Shown: positions 12,001 through 22,991, numbered from the stretch's first letter. The stretch is DNA of 64,000 nucleotides from an uncultured Verrucomicrobiae bacterium (GCA_963813025.1 CAWEXO010000005.1:32001-96000); one strand, 5' to 3'. The notes: generated by a model not told the origin, from the letters alone. Numbers and translations are program-made.

Positions 12001-15000
12001 GCCTGGCGTGGGTCACGAACACCGCGCGAAGAGATACTTTGCTCGCTTTTCAGGGAGATTCTTGGGCTATCCCGGGTGGGTATTGATGACAACTTCTTTG
12101 ATCTGGGAGGAGACAGCATCGGCTCGATTCAACTAGTCAGCCGTGCGCGCAAAGCCGGGCTGCTCATCACTCCGCGCGATGTGTTCGAGCATCAGACAGT
12201 GGAGGCGCTGGCTGCAGTGGCGAGCAGGATCAAAGAGAGCGAGACACCGGCCCTGACCGGCCCTGAGAGCGGAGCAGGAGCGCTGCCGCCAACCCCGATC
12301 ATCCACCAGCTGTTAGAGCATGGCGGACCGATCGGGCGTTTTAGCCAATCGATGCTGTTGCAAGTTCCGTCCAAACTTGTTCAGGAGCACCTGGTCGGCG
12401 CCTTACAGGCTTTGCTCGATCATCATGACGCCTTGCGGCTGCGCCTGGTGCGAGCAGCCGCCTCAGGGGCTGGAAATTGGGGCCTGGAGATTCCGCCGCC
12501 CGGGGCGATCATGGCGGGAGAGTGCCTTCGCCGGATCGATGTATCGGGACTGGAAGAGCCCGCCCGCCAAGTGTGTATCAGGGCACAGACGGAGGCGGCC
12601 GAGGGCAGGCTTGCGCCTGAGGCCGGCATCATGGTCCAGGCCGTGTGGTTCGATGCCGGTCCGACTCGGCCGGGGCGGCTCTTATGGGTCATTCACCACC
12701 TGGCCGTTGACGGCGTGTCCTGGCGCATTCTTTTGCCTGATCTGGCTGCGGCCTACCGGGCGATTGAGACCGGTCAGCCGCCAAGGCTGACTCCGTGCGG
12801 CACCTCTTTCCGACACTGGGCCCAACGGCTCAACGCCCAGGCTCAAGACCCGGCCCGGACGAGCGAACTGCCCTTCTGGCAAGCAACACTGAGTGCACCA
12901 GATTTGCCGCTGAGTCTCCAAGCCCTCGATCCCAAGCGCGACACCCGCAGTACCGTAAGGCACCTCAGTCTGACGCTGCCGGTGGCGGTGACCAGCCGGC
13001 TGCTCACTGCGGTGCCGGCCGCCTTTCACGGCCGCATTAACGACGTGCTGCTATGTACCTTGGCGTTGGCCATTGCTAACTGGCGCCGGCGCCATCACTC
13101 CCAGAACGGCCACAGTGCCAGTAACGCCGTATTGATTGATCTGGAGGGACATGGCCGCCAAGAGGAGAGCTTCGCTGGGGTTGATCTCTCGCGCACCGTG
13201 GGCTGGTTTACTTCCCTGTTCCCGGTTCGTCTCGATCCCGGTACGCTCAATTTGACTGAAGCTTTGGCTGGAGGACCGGCCTTGGCTCAGGCCCTCAAGC
13301 GCATTAAAGAACAGTTGCGCACCCTGCCCGACAACGGCCTTGGCTACGGCTTGTTACGGCATCTTAACCCGGAGAGCGCCGCCAGCCTCACTGGACTGGC
13401 CACGCCCCAGATCTGCTTTAACTATCTGGGCCGTTTCAGCGCGCCCCAGGCAGCGGACTGGGCGATAGCTCCTGAGCGGGCTGAACTCGGGGCCGGCGGG
13501 GATCCCGCCATGCCTTTTAATTATTGCCTCAGAATTAATGCGGTCACCCATGACCTGGCGGAGGGTCCCCAGTTGACGGCCAGATGGTCCTGGCCGGGCG
13601 CACTATTGTCCAACGAGGCAGTTAATGATCTGGCTCGAAGCTGGTTTAGTGCATTGCAAGCCCTGGTTGATCATGTCGCTCAGCCGGGAGCCGGCGGACA
13701 CACTCCTTCGGACTTCCCCCTGGTAGCGCTTACTCAGGTTGAGATTGAACGCCTGGAGGCCGAGCATCCGAAACTGGAAGATATCTGGCCGCTGGCACCT
13801 TTGCAGCAAGGCTTACTCTTCCATGCCCTTTATGATACCCAAGGACTCGATGTTTACACCGTCCAAGTGGTGCTTGGGCTGGAAGGGTCCCTGCAGGAAC
13901 CAGTACTCCAAGCAGCCGCAAACGCTCTTTTACAGCGCCATGCCAACCTGCGCGCCAGTTTCCAGCATAGCTTTAACCAACCGCTCCAACTCATCCACTC
14001 GGAGGTGTCTTTGCCCTGGCGCACGGTGGATCTTTCGACGCTTGAGCCGGCAGCTGCACGCGAGGAACACTTTGCCCAGCTCCTGGCCCAGGATCGCGCT
14101 CAACACTTTGATCTGAGCGCTGCTCCCCTCCTGCGCTTTACCCTGGCCCGTTTCGGGCCAGACCAGCATCGGCTCATCCTAACCAAGCATCACATCCTTA
14201 TGGACGGTTGGTCGGGGCCCATCCTGGTTCGGGAACTGTTCACTCTCTATGCCCAAAATGGCAAGAGCAGTGCTCTGCCGCGAGTGACCCCCTATCGGGA
14301 TTATCTCGCCTGGCTCGCCGCCCAGGATCAGGCTGCGGCCAGAGCTGCCTGGCAGGCTCAATTGGCTGGGCTCGAGGAGCCGACCCGGCTGGCTGCCCCT
14401 CACTCGGGACGCGCCCCTGCTGCTCCGGAACGGATCATCCTGGATCTGCCCAAACCACTGACTGAGGCCCTTACCCGGCAGGCTCGTTCCAACAGCCTGA
14501 CGCTTAACACCATTTTACAAGGCGCCTGGGCCATCCTCCTGGGGCGTCTGACGGGCCGCGACGATGTGGTCTTTGGCGTCACCGTGAGTGGCCGGCCGCC
14601 GGAGATCCCCGGCATCGAGTCCATGGTCGGACTCTTCATTAATACTCTCCCCTTGCGCGCTCGATTGCGGTGGAGCGATTCGCTGATCGAACTTTTCACT
14701 CACCTGCAGCAGAATCAGGCTCAGCTTCTGGCCCATCAGCATCTGGGACTGCATGAGATCCAGCGCTTGGCAGGTTTGCGCGAACTGTTCGATACACTGC
14801 TGGTCTTCGAAAATTACCCGATTGAAGGCAGCGCCAACGGAAAATCCTTTGCCGGCTTACGCCTCGCCAGTGCCCAAGGAACAGATGCCAGCCACTATCC
14901 TCTGAGCCTCGTCGTGGCGCCCGGGGAACGTTTGCGTCTGCGTCTCGATTATCGTCCCGATTGCTTCGAACCCAGCAGCGCTGAAGCGATTCTCCAACGC

Positions 15001-17783
15001 CTGGTGCGTTTACTGGAGGCGGTTGCCGCTGATCCGGACCAGGCAATCGGTGCGGTGGATCTCCTTGCTCCCCAAGAACGCCAGCAAATCCTGGTAGATT
15101 GGAATGAAACCCGGCGAGAGTATCCCGCCAAGGTCTGTCTCCACGAATTAATCGAGACGCAGGTCGAGAGGACTCCGAATGCGGTCGCGGTGGTTTTCGA
15201 GGAGGAGTCTCTTACTTACAGAGAACTGAACCGGCGCGCGAACCGGCTGGCGCATCGGTTGCGTCAGGTCGGTGTCGGCCCCGAAGTAATTGTCGGTATT
15301 TTCGCCGAGCGGTCTCTGGAGATGGTCACAGGCCTGATTGCCACGCTCAAGGCTGGGGGGGCATTTTGCCGCTTGACCCCACCTATCCTACCGATCGACT
15401 TGCATTTATGCTCGGCGATGCGCAGCCGGCCGTCGTGCTGGCGCAGCGCCGTCTCGCTGGGCAGTTCCCTGCGCACGACACAAAACTCGTTTTCCTGGAG
15501 GACGATTTCGCCGCCGAGAGCGACGTCAATCCCCCCAACCGCACGCAGCCGGAGAACCTCGCCTACGTGATCTACACTTCGGGGTCGACCGGACAGCCGA
15601 AGGGAGTGTTGATCGAGCAGAAAGCGATCGTAAATCAGTTATTGTGGTTACGCGACCAGTACCAGTTCGACAGCACCGACGTGCTCCTGCAAAAGACGGC
15701 CTGCATCTTTGATGCTTCGGTTTGGGAACTGCTCTTATCACCGATTGTCGGTGCGAAAATGGTGTTGTCGCCTCCGGGAGCTGAAAAAGATCCGGCAGCA
15801 TTGGCAGAGGCTATCGTTCAGAAGCGGATCACCACGATTCAATTGGTGCCTACAATGTTAAGGGCGTTGTTACTATCGCTTCGACCGGGGCAATCGTTTA
15901 ATAGTCTTCGCCGCTGCTTTTGCGGGGGAGAATCCCTGACGCCAGAGCTGACGAAAAGATTCTTTGATCAGTTTGGGGATCGCACCGAACTACATAATCT
16001 TTACGGCCCGACCGAAACGGCCATTGACGCGGCCTTTTATCCGGTGAGTTCGCCTGAGGATGCAATCCCGATCGGACGGCCGGTCGCCAATACCAGCATC
16101 TACATTCTGGACAGGAATAAACGGCCGGTACCCATCGGGGTAGCCGGAGAATTGTGCATCGGCGGAGTCCAGGTCGGGCGCGGATACCTGAACCGGCCGG
16201 AACTGACGGCCGAACGCTTCATCGTTAACCCGTTTAGGGCTGGAGAACGACTATACCGGAGCGGCGACCTGGCACGATGGCGAGCCGACGGCAATATCGA
16301 ATATCTCGGACGCCTGGATCACCAGGTCAAAATCAGAGGCTACCGGATTGAGCTCGGGGAAATCGAGGCGGTGTTAAGTCAGCACGCTGAGATTGGGCAG
16401 GCGGTAGTGGTAGCCCGCGAGGAGAAAAGCGGGAGCAAAGCATTGTGCGCCTACGTGGTCGGCAAGGAATCGAGTCTGGAGACGGAAGAACTGCGCAACT
16501 ATCTGAACGGGAAACTGCCCAAATACATGGTGCCCACCTCCTTTGTGAAGCTGGAAAGCTTTCCTCTGACCGGCAGTGGCAAAGTCGACCGCAAGGCGCT
16601 GCCTGCACCTGATCTACGCACAGCGAGCAAGCAATACCTGGCCGCGCGCAATGAACTCGAAGAGCAACTGGCCAAACTGTGGCAAGAGGTGCTCGGGGTC
16701 CAGCCCATTGGTGTCACCGATGATTTCTTTGCGCTGGGCGGTCACTCACTGCTGGCGGTGCGGATCTTTGCCGAGATCGAACGAATTTTTGAAAAAAAAC
16801 TCCCATTGGCGACACTGTTCCAAAGCCCGACCGTCGAAAAACTGGCGGCGGCTCTGCGGGAGCAAGGCTGGAAACCGACCTGGTCGCCCCTGGTGGCAAT
16901 CCAGCCGCGCGGACCGCGACCACCCTTTTTTGCGGTACACGGCGGCTATGGCGAAGTGATGTTTTACAGCGAGCTGGCGCGGTGCCTGGGGGAGGATCAA
17001 CCTTTTTACGGCCTTCAGGCCGAAGGCCTGGATGGCAGTCCGATCCGGCATACATGCATAGAAGCGATCGCGCGTTATTACCTCCGGGAGATTCGTCGCG
17101 TCCAGGCGCACGGTCCCTATTTTTTGGGCGGTTATTGTACTGGGGGCCTGGTTGCCTTGGAGATGGCGCAACAACTCCGCGCGGTCAGTGAGGATGTAGC
17201 TCTACTGGCGCTCTTTGACACAACCCATCCAAAAGAGCGGAACCTCCGTTATCCCATTAAGAAGCGAATCCGACTGGCCTTAGACGAAGCCCGGGCTCTG
17301 CCTCCGAGCGAGAAGATGCGCTATTTCGCGCAGCGCGCTGCGCACAGACTGAAATGGGAAGTCTCTAAGCTGCAGAAGGCCGGCTACGATCTTAAAGAGC
17401 TGCTTTACAAGATGCAAAAGCCTGACAGGGAAAGCACTAACGGCGGTCCCTTGCCTCTCAAAATGCCGGTCTGGCTGATGCTCCACCGCGCGCAGTCAGC
17501 CTATAAGCCGCACGCTTACCCTGGGCGCATTGTTCTGTTTCGGGCAATAACCTCCGACGGCCGCCAGCGAGTTGACGATCGCGGCTGGACCGGGATCGCC
17601 GAAGGCGGCCTCGAAATTCACGATATGCCAAGTAAGCATGGAACGCTTTTCGAATCCCGTTATATGCCGGCGTTTGCGGAAAAATTGGATGCCTGCATCC
17701 GAACGGCGCGCACGAGCCAGTCAGCTGAAATCTCCCGATTCCTCGCTCAGACCGCTTTGGGCCAACGAAACCCGAGTTTTTGA
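9059..17783 (+). CDS. NRPS C-A-T-E-C-A-T-TE, one gene interrupted by two 1-nt frameshifts (9116-9123 and 15364-15367)
   Basis: ATG 9059 reads MNASLQ...KVFFF and joins PSFAQEGLWF (C1 motif) if one T is added to the T8 run. KAGGAF joins LPLDPTYP if one base is added at ~15365. Covers track ORFs 9145..15570 and 15366..17783. By-eye A codes: DVWHFGLIDK (Ser-like) and DAWQFGLIDK (Gln-like). TE GYCTGG. Confidence 0.9.
11947..15100 (+). repeat. Direct repeat copy 2 (T-E-C block)
   Basis: Begins GGCAAAGTCGACCGCAAGGCGCTGCCCGCACCGGAC exactly as at 841 and matches through the C domain. Confidence 0.95.
16641..17712 (+). repeat. Direct repeat copy 2 (T-TE block)
   Basis: Matches 5560-6630 with scattered substitutions. 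Confidence 0.9.
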
Positions 17784-18601
17784 GTTCGGATTGTCCGGCG
17801 TGTTTCTGGCGATTGGCGGGTGAATATTTTTATTTCGACATTCCTCGCCTGATAAGCACCGCCAATTAATTTGCGGAGCCGGTGCTGAGCCGCCAGAAAT
17901 GGGGGAAAATCGAGAGGCCCCAAAGAAGCCTGTGATCGCATCCGGGCTCCCTCCTCGCGAGCCTCCGAACCTGTGAACATGTTCACGCCGGTGAAAGTGA
18001 ACACAGCCAAAGGAAGAGGAATGGTGGCCATTTTGACACCCGCATTCAACCATCTCAGAACCAATGCAGCATCACCAATCTGCCTCCATTCCGAGGTGTA
18101 ACTCAACCCGCGGTCTACCAAAGTCCGACGGAAGAAGGTGCTGCAAGTCAAAGTACAAAGATGACACGCGCTGGTATGCGACCGAAGCGGTGCGACAATC
18201 CTCCTGTAACTTAAGGGTTTGCCGTCCGCATCGATGAGGACCGCGTCACCGAAGAGCACCTCTACGTCCGGGTGGGTATGAAAAAACTGCTTCACCAATT
18301 TCAAGACGCCGGGTAGATATTGTTCATCAGAGTTCAGGTGGGCGCAGATTGCTCCCGTGGCCTTAAGCATTCCTTTCGCGATTGCGTCATACATTCCGCG
18401 ATCTTTTTCGACAAAGACGCGGGCTTTTGACTCACGATTCAACCACTCAAGACCTTGTCCGTCACCGCCATCCTGGATGATGTGCTCCACACTCACTCCT
18501 TCCTGGTCCAGGACGGAACCAGCGCACAGCCGCAGCCATTCGGGTTGTTTAAACGTTGGAGTTACGATTGAGAAATCTATGGGAGCTCCGTTGAAAGACA
18601 T
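17747..18601 (-). CDS. Glycosyltransferase family 2
   Basis: FSIVTPTF, EHIIQDGG, DRGMYDAI, LNSDE motifs. Its 3' end overlaps the NRPS 3' end convergently. Confidence 0.9.
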   Translation of the reverse strand: MSFNGAPIDFSIVTPTFKQPEWLRLCAGSVLDQEGVSVEHIIQDGGDGQGLEWLNRESKARVFVEKDRGMYDAIAKGMLKATGAICAHLNSDEQYLPGVLKLVKQFFHTHPDVEVLFGDAVLIDADGKPLSYRRIVAPLRSHTSACHLCTLTCSTFFRRTLVDRGLSYTSEWRQIGDAALVLRWLNAGVKMATIPLPLAVFTFTGVNMFTGSEAREEGARMRSQASLGPLDFPPFLAAQHRLRKLIGGAYQARNVEIKIFTRQSPETRRTIRTQKLGFRWPKAV

Positions 18602-18821
18602 ATTTAAGCTGTGCGAAATGTAAAATGCGACGCGGAGACAAAGTCCTTTAGCAAATTTTACTCGTCTTTATGCGCGGCAATGAGTATCTGGGTCGTTCGT
18701 GGGATCTCCTAAAACGAAGCAGATTGAACCAGAACTGCTGCTTGGAGTGAAAATGTCGCGACTGAATCGCGGCGCTTCTGATCCGGTCGAAATGCCTTCC
18801 TGACGTTTTGGATTCAACGCT

Positions 18822-20069
18822 ATGCCCATGAGCAAGTTTCAAAGCCCCTTGACTATTCTTGCCGCTTTCATAGTTACCGGTTTTGTAGCCCGTGCGCAAG
18901 AGGTTGGCCTTGAGGTCCCTGACCTTGGGCTTACCGTCCCCGGCAGGCTTACCTTGTACAGGCCGATAACCGGTATCTATCAGGGCGAGTTCGTCCAGCG
19001 CCCGCTCACATTAGGTCTTGCGGCAGCGATTGGGTACGACGATAACGTCGATACCTCTCATAACGAGCGCGTTGGCAGCGGATTTACGGCGCCTCGACTA
19101 GAGATAGCATCAAGCATTGGGAGCGAGCGCACTCGACTGAGGGCTGATCTGCGATTGGGATTCGTCGGCTATTGGGATATTCCCGGCGCAGCGCTCCAAC
19201 CTGATATTTCGTTCGACCTGACTTTCACGCACCAATTCAGCCCCCGCCTTGTGCTCGGGTTCTCCTCTTTCGTAACTTATCAAGGCCAGCCGAACTTCGC
19301 TTTCGGCATCGGGAAAACGACCAACGTTGGCAATTACGTCTACAGTACGAATAGCGTCGTGCTTGGCTATCAGTGGACTGAACGGTTTTCCACTGCTACC
19401 AGCTATACGCTGAATGCTGCTTATTACGAATCCAGCACCGTCGGGAGCACCTCGAACCTGCTTGAGCATGTGATTGCTCAGCAATTTCGATACCTGGTTC
19501 TGCCGACTATTGCGGCGGCGGCTGAATATCGATTTAGCTACGAACAATACGTCAACACAAATCTTAATTCGTACTCCCACTTCGTTCTGGCTGGAGCCGA
19601 TCTCACGCTCACCCCGCGGTTGCAGTTCACCTTTCGCGCTGGTGCCGAATTCCAGACCGATCTTTTCCATGGAGGAACGAGTCCGACCTCCCCATACTTT
19701 GAATCCACGCTGACCTACGCTTATCGACGCAACTCCTTCATTCAGTGGTACAATCTTTATGATTTGGAACGATCCGATATCAACACCGCCAATACCAAGG
19801 ACGTCTACCGGACTGGATTAAAGATACTTCATTCGTTTGGCGCAAGGTTGCAGCTGGGCGGTGGCCTCTACTATTCGTACAACCACAATGAGGGCCCGCC
19901 ATCCTCGTTTGATGAGCATCAGGTAGAGGCAACGGCGACAGCGAGTTACCAGCTCACGCGTGCGTGGACGCTCCAAGCCGGTTATACCTTTACCGATGTC
20001 TTGTCGGATATCAATTCGCGAAGCTATTATCGGAACAGGGTTTTTCTCGGGGCAGCCTTCACCTACTGA
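18822..20069 (+). CDS. EPS-associated outer-membrane beta-barrel protein
   Basis: Signal peptide, GYDDNV motif, alternating aromatic beta-strands, C-terminal F-x-Y. Lies directly upstream of wzc/wza. Confidence 0.8.
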   Translation: MPMSKFQSPLTILAAFIVTGFVARAQEVGLEVPDLGLTVPGRLTLYRPITGIYQGEFVQRPLTLGLAAAIGYDDNVDTSHNERVGSGFTAPRLEIASSIGSERTRLRADLRLGFVGYWDIPGAALQPDISFDLTFTHQFSPRLVLGFSSFVTYQGQPNFAFGIGKTTNVGNYVYSTNSVVLGYQWTERFSTATSYTLNAAYYESSTVGSTSNLLEHVIAQQFRYLVLPTIAAAAEYRFSYEQYVNTNLNSYSHFVLAGADLTLTPRLQFTFRAGAEFQTDLFHGGTSPTSPYFESTLTYAYRRNSFIQWYNLYDLERSDINTANTKDVYRTGLKILHSFGARLQLGGGLYYSYNHNEGPPSSFDEHQVEATATASYQLTRAWTLQAGYTFTDVLSDINSRSYYRNRVFLGAAFTY

Positions 20070-20163
20070 AAGAAGCGCTGGTCCAACTGCAGAATTCGTG
20101 TCAAGTTCTCGGCTTAAGCGCCGATATTAGGGATCTGCGTACCGATATTCTCAGGTTGTCTTC

Positions 20164-22263
20164 ATGAAGCATCATCAAGAGGTTCATTTTTTCGATTACT
20201 GGCGGGTTATTCGCGTCCGCTGGGGGCTGGTCTTGGGGGTGTTTCTGCTGGTGGTAATGGCCGCCGGCATTTTCACCTACTTGTCCCCTCGCCAGTATCG
20301 ATCCTTCGTAACGCTGGAAGTGCAGCCCGACCTGACCCCGGTCCGCATCTTCGAGCATCAGACCCAAGCTGAGGCCAGCGATGACCGGAAATTCAGCCCG
20401 ACCCAATTTCAGATCCTCTCGCGCAAAGGGGTGCTTTATCCGGTCATCGATCGGCTGAACCTTCAAGCCAAATGGGGTTCAAAGGGAGAAGCCCTACCCA
20501 GGGAGATTGCCTACACGAAGCTGCTGCGGATGTTAACGGTCGAAGAGATCAGAAACACCAATCTCATTCAGATCAACGTTGAGAGCCCCGACCCCCGAGA
20601 AGCTGCGCTCCTGGCCAATACGATTGCCCAGGTGTACATGGAGCAGCGGATTGCCGAGCAGCAGAGCATCGTTTCCCAAGGTCTGGACCAGTTGCGCGAT
20701 GAAGTAAAGCAAAAGGAAGAGGCCGTGCGACAGGCCTATGCGGAAGCATCCCGGCTGCGGACCCAGGCCAACATTATCGATCCCAATCCCGACAGTCTGG
20801 AGGCCGGCGGTGGCGGCCGGGTGGAAGATACCAGCGTGATTTCTAATGAGGAAAAGGTTAACCAGGCCAGATCTCAGGTCGCCCAGTTGCGCAGTCGGGT
20901 AGCCGAGCTCGAGCAGGTGAAGTCCGAAGATTTAATGCGCGCGGGCGGGCAGCTCGATCTAAACGATCCCATCATCGCGTCCACCTTACCGACCTACCAA
21001 ACTGCCCAGGCCGAGAAAGCCAGACTGCTCCACGCAGGTCTGGGCCCGAATCATCCAGACGTCAGAGCTGTGCAGGCTCAAATCGACACAATCGCAAAAC
21101 AGTTGCAGCAACAGATTGATAGCATTCGTAAAGGGCTTACTGCGCAGCTGGCCATTGCCGAGGCTTCGCTCAAAGGCCTGGAGACAAACCTTCACACAAG
21201 TCAGAGCGAGCAGCAGGCCACGAAAACCGTGGGCGCTCAATACCAGGATGCCAAATACAGATATATCCAGGAGCGCAATCTATTGGAACAGGCCAAGACC
21301 CGGCTCAGCACCGAGTCGATGGAGCGCACGATGCCTCGAATAGCAGCCTTTATTCGCGATCGGGCCGAACCGGCCCTGTTTCCGAGCAAGCCGAGCCTGG
21401 TGAAGAACATGCTTCTGGGCATGGCCGCTGGCCTCGTACTGGGGATTGGCTTGGCCTTCCTGCTAGACTACCTCGATATCAGTGTAAGAACCATCGACGA
21501 TGTGGAGGAGTTCTTAGAGCTCCCCGTTCTGGCCATCATTCCAAGAGGGATTAAGCTGCTCCCACGGGCGGACGAAGATTCCTCGGACGCGGAGGCGTAT
21601 CGAATCCTCAAGACCAACGTCGATCTGAGTGCCAAAAGGACTCATGCGACGGCCTTCAATGTGATCAGTGGTGGCGCTTCGGAAGGTAAATCGACCACCG
21701 TGTGCAATCTGGCCACCAGCTGGGCGGCCAGCGGTCAACGGGTTCTGGTGATTGACGGCGACATGCGTCGTCCCTCCCAACATCACCTCCTGGAAATGGA
21801 TAACCATGTGGGCCTGGGTGAATACCTGAAGGCCACGGCCACCTTGGATGAGGTGATTCAGCCCACCAACGTGGGCAACCTTTATCTTGTGGCGGCCGGT
21901 TCGCGCTCGACCGACGTCGTCAGCCTCCTGAGCTCAGAAGCCATGGTGCAGCTGATCAAGGAGGCCAGGGAGCGATTTGATGTTATCCTGATCGACTCGC
22001 CCCCTCTGCTGGGAGTAAGCGACGCCTCAATTCTTTCCAGCCTGGTGGATTATTCGATCATCGTCATTGAACATCGGCGTTTCCCTCGCTCGGTGCTGCT
22101 GCGGGTCAAGAAAACCATCGAAAATATTGGCAGCCGCAGTTTGGGCGTGGTTCTGAACAAGGTCGATGTTCGTCACGATCAGAACTATCCCTTCTATACG
22201 AGCTACAATCAGTACTACACCAAACGGAACAAGGCCAAGAAACCGATGGCGCTTTTGAAATGA
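20164..22263 (+). CDS. wzc: Polysaccharide co-polymerase / tyrosine autokinase (Wzc/GumC-like)
   Basis: Two TM helices flank a coiled-coil region; Walker A GASEGKST; IDGDMRRP; IDSPP; C-terminal Tyr cluster YPFYTSYNQYY. Confidence 0.92.
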   Translation: MKHHQEVHFFDYWRVIRVRWGLVLGVFLLVVMAAGIFTYLSPRQYRSFVTLEVQPDLTPVRIFEHQTQAEASDDRKFSPTQFQILSRKGVLYPVIDRLNLQAKWGSKGEALPREIAYTKLLRMLTVEEIRNTNLIQINVESPDPREAALLANTIAQVYMEQRIAEQQSIVSQGLDQLRDEVKQKEEAVRQAYAEASRLRTQANIIDPNPDSLEAGGGGRVEDTSVISNEEKVNQARSQVAQLRSRVAELEQVKSEDLMRAGGQLDLNDPIIASTLPTYQTAQAEKARLLHAGLGPNHPDVRAVQAQIDTIAKQLQQQIDSIRKGLTAQLAIAEASLKGLETNLHTSQSEQQATKTVGAQYQDAKYRYIQERNLLEQAKTRLSTESMERTMPRIAAFIRDRAEPALFPSKPSLVKNMLLGMAAGLVLGIGLAFLLDYLDISVRTIDDVEEFLELPVLAIIPRGIKLLPRADEDSSDAEAYRILKTNVDLSAKRTHATAFNVISGGASEGKSTTVCNLATSWAASGQRVLVIDGDMRRPSQHHLLEMDNHVGLGEYLKATATLDEVIQPTNVGNLYLVAAGSRSTDVVSLLSSEAMVQLIKEARERFDVILIDSPPLLGVSDASILSSLVDYSIIVIEHRRFPRSVLLRVKKTIENIGSRSLGVVLNKVDVRHDQNYPFYTSYNQYYTKRNKAKKPMALLK

Positions 22264-22832
22264 TGATGAGTACGAAAGTTTGGCTGTTGCGGGCGGCTTG
22301 GCTGCTGAGTTTTGCTTGTGCCACCAGTGTCGCGGTGGCCGACGCCATTTTACGTCCGGGCGATCAGATTGAGCTGAAACTAGGTGGTGTCCCCTCGACC
22401 GAGAGCACGTCGGTCAGCGGTACCTACACCATTGATGGCGGCGGAAGTGTGAACCTCCCCTATATTGGCCGGGTAAAGATTGCTGGGCTTGCTCCAGGGA
22501 CAGCTCAATCCACCATCGAGAGTGTTTATAAGGGGCGCGCTATCTACACAAATCCTACTGTCGTCATCACAATGCAGGAGAAATCGCGCTACGTGAACGT
22601 CGGCGGAGAAGTCAAAACACCCCAACGTGTCCCATATACTCCAGATTTAACGGTGCTGAGTTCGATCAATGCCGCGGGCGGATTTTCGCCCTACGCTGAT
22701 CAACGCAAAGTTCGATTGTTGCGTGGTAAACAGTCTACGATCGTCGACGTCAAGAAAATTCGCACCAATCCATCGCTCGACCTGCCATTGGAGCCGGGCG
22801 ATCGCATCGACGTGCCGATGTCGATTTTTTAG
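22260..22832 (+). CDS. wza: Polysaccharide export protein (Poly_export + SLBB, Wza-like)
   Basis: LRPGDQI, VNLPYIG, VGGEVKTP, AAGGF, LEPGDRI motifs. ATGA overlap with wzc. Confidence 0.85.
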   Translation: MMMSTKVWLLRAAWLLSFACATSVAVADAILRPGDQIELKLGGVPSTESTSVSGTYTIDGGGSVNLPYIGRVKIAGLAPGTAQSTIESVYKGRAIYTNPTVVITMQEKSRYVNVGGEVKTPQRVPYTPDLTVLSSINAAGGFSPYADQRKVRLLRGKQSTIVDVKKIRTNPSLDLPLEPGDRIDVPMSIF

Positions 22833-22991
22833 GCAGCTTGAGGCTAAAATTAGCGCAACCGGAGCAGATCAGGTGCGTCAGTAGAAGTTGTCTTTACGGT
22901 TGGAGCGGCATGGAAGGGTTTTGATATATGGAAGGTGCAATTGAATTCACAATGAGAGGGGCTTTGGACCAGTTGATTTTCGTCTAATCCC

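Noticed and set aside
841..15100. NRPS duplication as a pure assembly artefact
   Set aside because: The copies differ by scattered substitutions and an in-frame 24-nt indel, and each joins different A domains in frame. Only the identical core could be collapsed consensus.
15366..17783. Independent 805-aa NRPS gene as listed in the ORF track
   Set aside because: It begins in the middle of the conserved AGGA(Y/F)LPLDP motif, so it is the frameshifted continuation of the upstream ORF.
17100..17783. Calling the cluster a monobactam or beta-lactone pathway
   Set aside because: No sulfotransferase, Dap-synthesis or transaldolase genes are in the window, and the terminal A codes do not suggest beta-amino or beta-hydroxy residues. 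Only the Cys-TE and module layout are similar.
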